A stretch of DNA of 40,302 nucleotides from Candidatus Fervidifonticultor sextus. GTDB lineage: Bacteria; Sysuimicrobiota; Sysuimicrobiia; Sysuimicrobiales; Humicultoraceae. A program made the position numbers and the translations under genes. Positions 37,420-40,302 of the stretch are shown one piece after another (position 1 is the first letter of the stretch; every line of letters begins with the position of its first letter). The notes beneath the pieces are model-generated. The model was given only the letters and a program-made list of their open reading frames with translations, did no database searches and was not told the origin of the DNA. Location of the stretch: positions 1 through 40,302 of the forward strand of contig JAVKHQ010000024.1 of NCBI GenBank assembly GCA_031459875.1. Reading direction: 5' to 3'.

Positions 37420-38565
37420 CTATGGATCTGGATCCCGGTCGAAGGGTACGTAGTCGAAATCGAGCCCGAAGTGCCGGGGACCCAGCAGGGCCAGGCCAGC
37501 AGGCGTATGCCACACCGGATCGAGCGCCCTCATGGCAAAGACCACCACCCGCCGCCCCGGGGTGACGTCCCCGAGGGTCGTCAGGGGCCGGAGCGTGTCG
37601 GCGTCCAGGACGGCGATCACGTCCGGGCTGGTGGCGATGACCGACTCATCACGCCAGACGGCATGGTGCTCATTCTTGACCCAGATACGGTAGTCGGCCC
37701 CTGCAGAGGCCCCGACGCCGCGGAGCCGGTAGGTGAGTTCGCGGAAGGTGTACGGTTCTGTGTTCCGCCACTCCGTCGCCACCGCCTCGGCTTCGCAGAG
37801 AACCCGTCCGCCGGTCAGTTCGATGAGCGGCCGCAGAGGGTCGGGTGAGCCGATGCCCGCCCGCAGCGCCGCACCCGCCCGAATGGCCTGCAACAGGCTG
37901 CCGCGGACCAGCGCCGGCCTGGCGTCGCGGACCTGGACGAGGTGACCGGTGGTCCCGATGCCCCGTCCGTACGCCGCGCGGCTCACCATCCGCCCCAGCC
38001 GGTCCACCATGGCCGCCCCGACCGCCGACTTGACGATGGTGATGTTGCCCCAGCGGTCAACCATGACCACCGGGGTCGGGGGCCGGCCGAGCAGTTCCAT
38101 CTTGGAGAGGTTCAACTCCGGAATCGCGCGGCCCACGTAGTCGCCGTCCAGCGTCGGGACGCCGAGTTCGAGACCGGTCACAATCGTCGCCGCCGTGGCC
38201 GCGCTGGACAGTTCCATGGACACGAGGGCACCGAGGTTCACCCCGGCGAATGCGGCCAGCTCGCGGGCCGCGGTGACGAGCCGCTCCACGAGCCCATAGC
38301 GCTCTTCGACGAGGCCGAATGGGGCCAGCTCCTCCGCCGGCGGCGGCTCATCGGGATCCTTGCCGCCGACGATGATCGCCCAGCACGTCCAGGCGTCGGC
38401 TGGCAGTTCATCGGGACTGACCAGGGTGATGGACCGCCCGGCCCGGATCGCCGGTGCGAGCAGCCCCAGACCGGCTTCGACCCGGCCGCCCCCACCGGTG
38501 CCGAAGAACGCCAGCCCGGTACAGAGGTCCTCGACGGTGCGAAGATCGTTGATCACCGTGGGCAT
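37420..38565 (-). CDS. DUF917 family protein
   Basis: GLAFFGTGGGG, LDGDYVGRAIPEL, IWVKNEH, ATSPDVI, LGPRHFGL..DYVP; GAAGGGAG RBS. Confidence 0.88.
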   Translation of the reverse strand: MPTVINDLRTVEDLCTGLAFFGTGGGGRVEAGLGLLAPAIRAGRSITLVSPDELPADAWTCWAIIVGGKDPDEPPPAEELAPFGLVEERYGLVERLVTAARELAAFAGVNLGALVSMELSSAATAATIVTGLELGVPTLDGDYVGRAIPELNLSKMELLGRPPTPVVMVDRWGNITIVKSAVGAAMVDRLGRMVSRAAYGRGIGTTGHLVQVRDARPALVRGSLLQAIRAGAALRAGIGSPDPLRPLIELTGGRVLCEAEAVATEWRNTEPYTFRELTYRLRGVGASAGADYRIWVKNEHHAVWRDESVIATSPDVIAVLDADTLRPLTTLGDVTPGRRVVVFAMRALDPVWHTPAGLALLGPRHFGLDFDYVPFDRDPDP

Positions 38566-38580
38566 GTGCGTCTCCCTTCC

Positions 38581-40278
38581 TCAGTGTGTGTCGAAGACGG
38601 CCTGGTACTCGGCGACCTTGAGCCGGATGGCCTCCAGTTCGGCATCGGTGGGCCGATCGGGATCTGCGGGGGGCGGCAGGGCTCCGAATCGGAGCAGACA
38701 CGCCATCAGGAGGATGCGCGCCTTGGTCGCCGTCAGGTTCCCGCCGCCGATGAACAGCCCGCGGGGTGGCGTGAAGCCCTCGTTGTTCCCCCGCCCCACG
38801 CACACCACCGGCATGCCCCTCCGGACCGCCAGGTGCAGGACGCCCTCTCGGGCGTTGGAGCTCAGCAGGCCGTAGGGCGCCAACCCCTCGGCGACGAACC
38901 CGGCCAGCGGCGCGGTGCGCAGGTTTCGATCGATTTCGGCGAGGAGTTCTGTCTCACGGGCGGGGTCGCCCTCGTAGTCCTCGTCGAGGAAGCCGACGTC
39001 CTTGATCACCGTGACCCGGGGGATGGCGGTTTCCAGGAGGGCTCCGTCGGCGTCCTTGACAGGCACCATGACGGCCTGCGGGGCCGGCATGGTTCCCACG
39101 ACTCCGGGAACCTGGCGCGGGAGTCGGGCCAGGTTGACCTCGGAGAGATACGTGTGGCGCCTCGCCGGCAGGTATGTCAGCGTCGGTCGGGCCGCGTGCC
39201 CCACGCCGCCGATGATCCCGCCGTGGCCGCCGGTGGCCACATAGCCCCCCGGGCGGGCGTCCGCCTTCTGGACATCCCGAGCAGCGAAGATCCGCTGCTC
39301 CTGGATGAGCACCACGCCGGCCCGGTTCCTGCCGGCTTCGTCTGCCCAGATCCTCGAGACGATGTACTCGACCGAGTCCACGATGTTCCTGTCTCCGTCG
39401 TTGCCGAGCTGGCCGTGCGTGCGCTGGGCTGCGCACCCGGCGAGGGGCACCGTGATGTCCAAAAGCAGATTGAACCAGTACACCATCTCCTCAATGCGCG
39501 GGCTGCCCTGGGTCCAGATGGCGCCCAGGTATCGGCCGGTAGCGAGGACCTGCTGCACGGTGTTGGTCACCCGAGCCAGCGAGCGCCGCGGAGGGGAGGC
39601 GCCGAAGTGGTACGGACGATAGGGAAAGAAGTCACGTCCCAGCCGTTCGGGAGGAATGTCGCCCTCGCCCACGTCGGTCCGGAAGGCGGCAGGCAGGCCC
39701 TTTGTATATCCTGCGGGAGGCAGGACCCGGAAGAAGTCCACCTCGACCCGCGACGAAAGCAGGTTGCCCAACCCCTTCTCGCCGATCCCGAGCCGGTCGA
39801 TCTCCTCAAAGGTCCGGGACCCGTCGGGATAGTAGGGCTGGCGGGCTAGGTGTGGAGGAGCGCCCGGGTAGGCGCACTCTTCCTCCCACGGCCTGCCGTC
39901 GGCCTGGCGGGCCATGTAGGGCAGAGGGTAGAGGCCGTCCTCAGGCCGTAAGACGACTTCATAGACGGGAACGTCCTCCGGGCTCTGGCGCTCCCGGTGG
40001 AAGCCCCCCTGGCGGTCGAGGTACCCGTCGGGAGGGGCGTACAACTCTGCGGCATCCCGCTCCAGGGGGTGGGCGCTGAACTGCTCGACGTAGACCGTCA
40101 CCGGAGCGGCGAGCCGCTGGGGGCGCAGCACGTCGAAGCGCGGCCGGGAGCCGTCCGGATTCGTCAGCAGGGGCAGTCCGTACTTCTCGCGAGCTTTGTT
40201 GCTGGTGACCAGAGGCGGGCTGTTCTGAATGGTGGCGTTGGGTCCTGAGAAGTGCGCGATCCGCGGTTTGCCGGTCAT
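38581..40278 (-). CDS. Divergent asparaginase/glutaminase-fold protein
   Basis: FSGPNATI, TQGSPRIEE..YW, AAQR, IFAARDVQK, G.V.EG...YG, GMPVV.VGRG, GGNLTATKARILLM. Confidence 0.8.
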   Translation of the reverse strand: MTGKPRIAHFSGPNATIQNSPPLVTSNKAREKYGLPLLTNPDGSRPRFDVLRPQRLAAPVTVYVEQFSAHPLERDAAELYAPPDGYLDRQGGFHRERQSPEDVPVYEVVLRPEDGLYPLPYMARQADGRPWEEECAYPGAPPHLARQPYYPDGSRTFEEIDRLGIGEKGLGNLLSSRVEVDFFRVLPPAGYTKGLPAAFRTDVGEGDIPPERLGRDFFPYRPYHFGASPPRRSLARVTNTVQQVLATGRYLGAIWTQGSPRIEEMVYWFNLLLDITVPLAGCAAQRTHGQLGNDGDRNIVDSVEYIVSRIWADEAGRNRAGVVLIQEQRIFAARDVQKADARPGGYVATGGHGGIIGGVGHAARPTLTYLPARRHTYLSEVNLARLPRQVPGVVGTMPAPQAVMVPVKDADGALLETAIPRVTVIKDVGFLDEDYEGDPARETELLAEIDRNLRTAPLAGFVAEGLAPYGLLSSNAREGVLHLAVRRGMPVVCVGRGNNEGFTPPRGLFIGGGNLTATKARILLMACLLRFGALPPPADPDRPTDAELEAIRLKVAEYQAVFDTH

Positions 40279-40302
40279 ACCGTCACCCTTCCTCCGGTCT
40301 CG

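Overview
A very GC-rich bacterial chromosomal segment. Gene content is suggestive of a thermophile-like Terrabacteria lineage such as Armatimonadota/CSP1-3; this is inference only. All product calls come from motif recognition by eye, not from searches. From left to right: (1) a DUF2892 gene; (2) a minus-strand amidohydrolase + Dpp-type ABC operon whose binding protein has a 1-bp frameshift and which lacks ATPase genes; (3) tRNA-Ser(TGA); (4) two Pro-rich surface/membrane proteins and a DUF4870-like gene; (5) a tightly coupled operon at 8166-18750 (LarE-like PP-loop ATPase, sugar ABC importer, GH20 hexosaminidase, MOSC protein, esterase, DUF4127, FAD oxidoreductase); (6) a continuation at 19303-24313 (TIM-barrel protein, GHMP kinase, MFS, queG, zinc-ribbon membrane protein); (7) tRNA-Gly(CCC); (8) a thiol-stress module (OsmC, Hsp20, protein-disulfide oxidoreductase, His-less CsoR/CstR-type repressor with a readable operator); (9) scars of two VapBC systems around a full-length vapC; (10) a BMP-family ABC transporter; (11) HEAT + HD-GYP + YdcF genes; (12) DUF917 + a divergent asparaginase-fold gene. 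The best candidate for an undescribed system is the amino-sugar glycan uptake/recycling locus, which is coupled to a LarE-like sulfur insertase and a MOSC protein. No CRISPR array, rRNA, integrase or intact transposase was seen.
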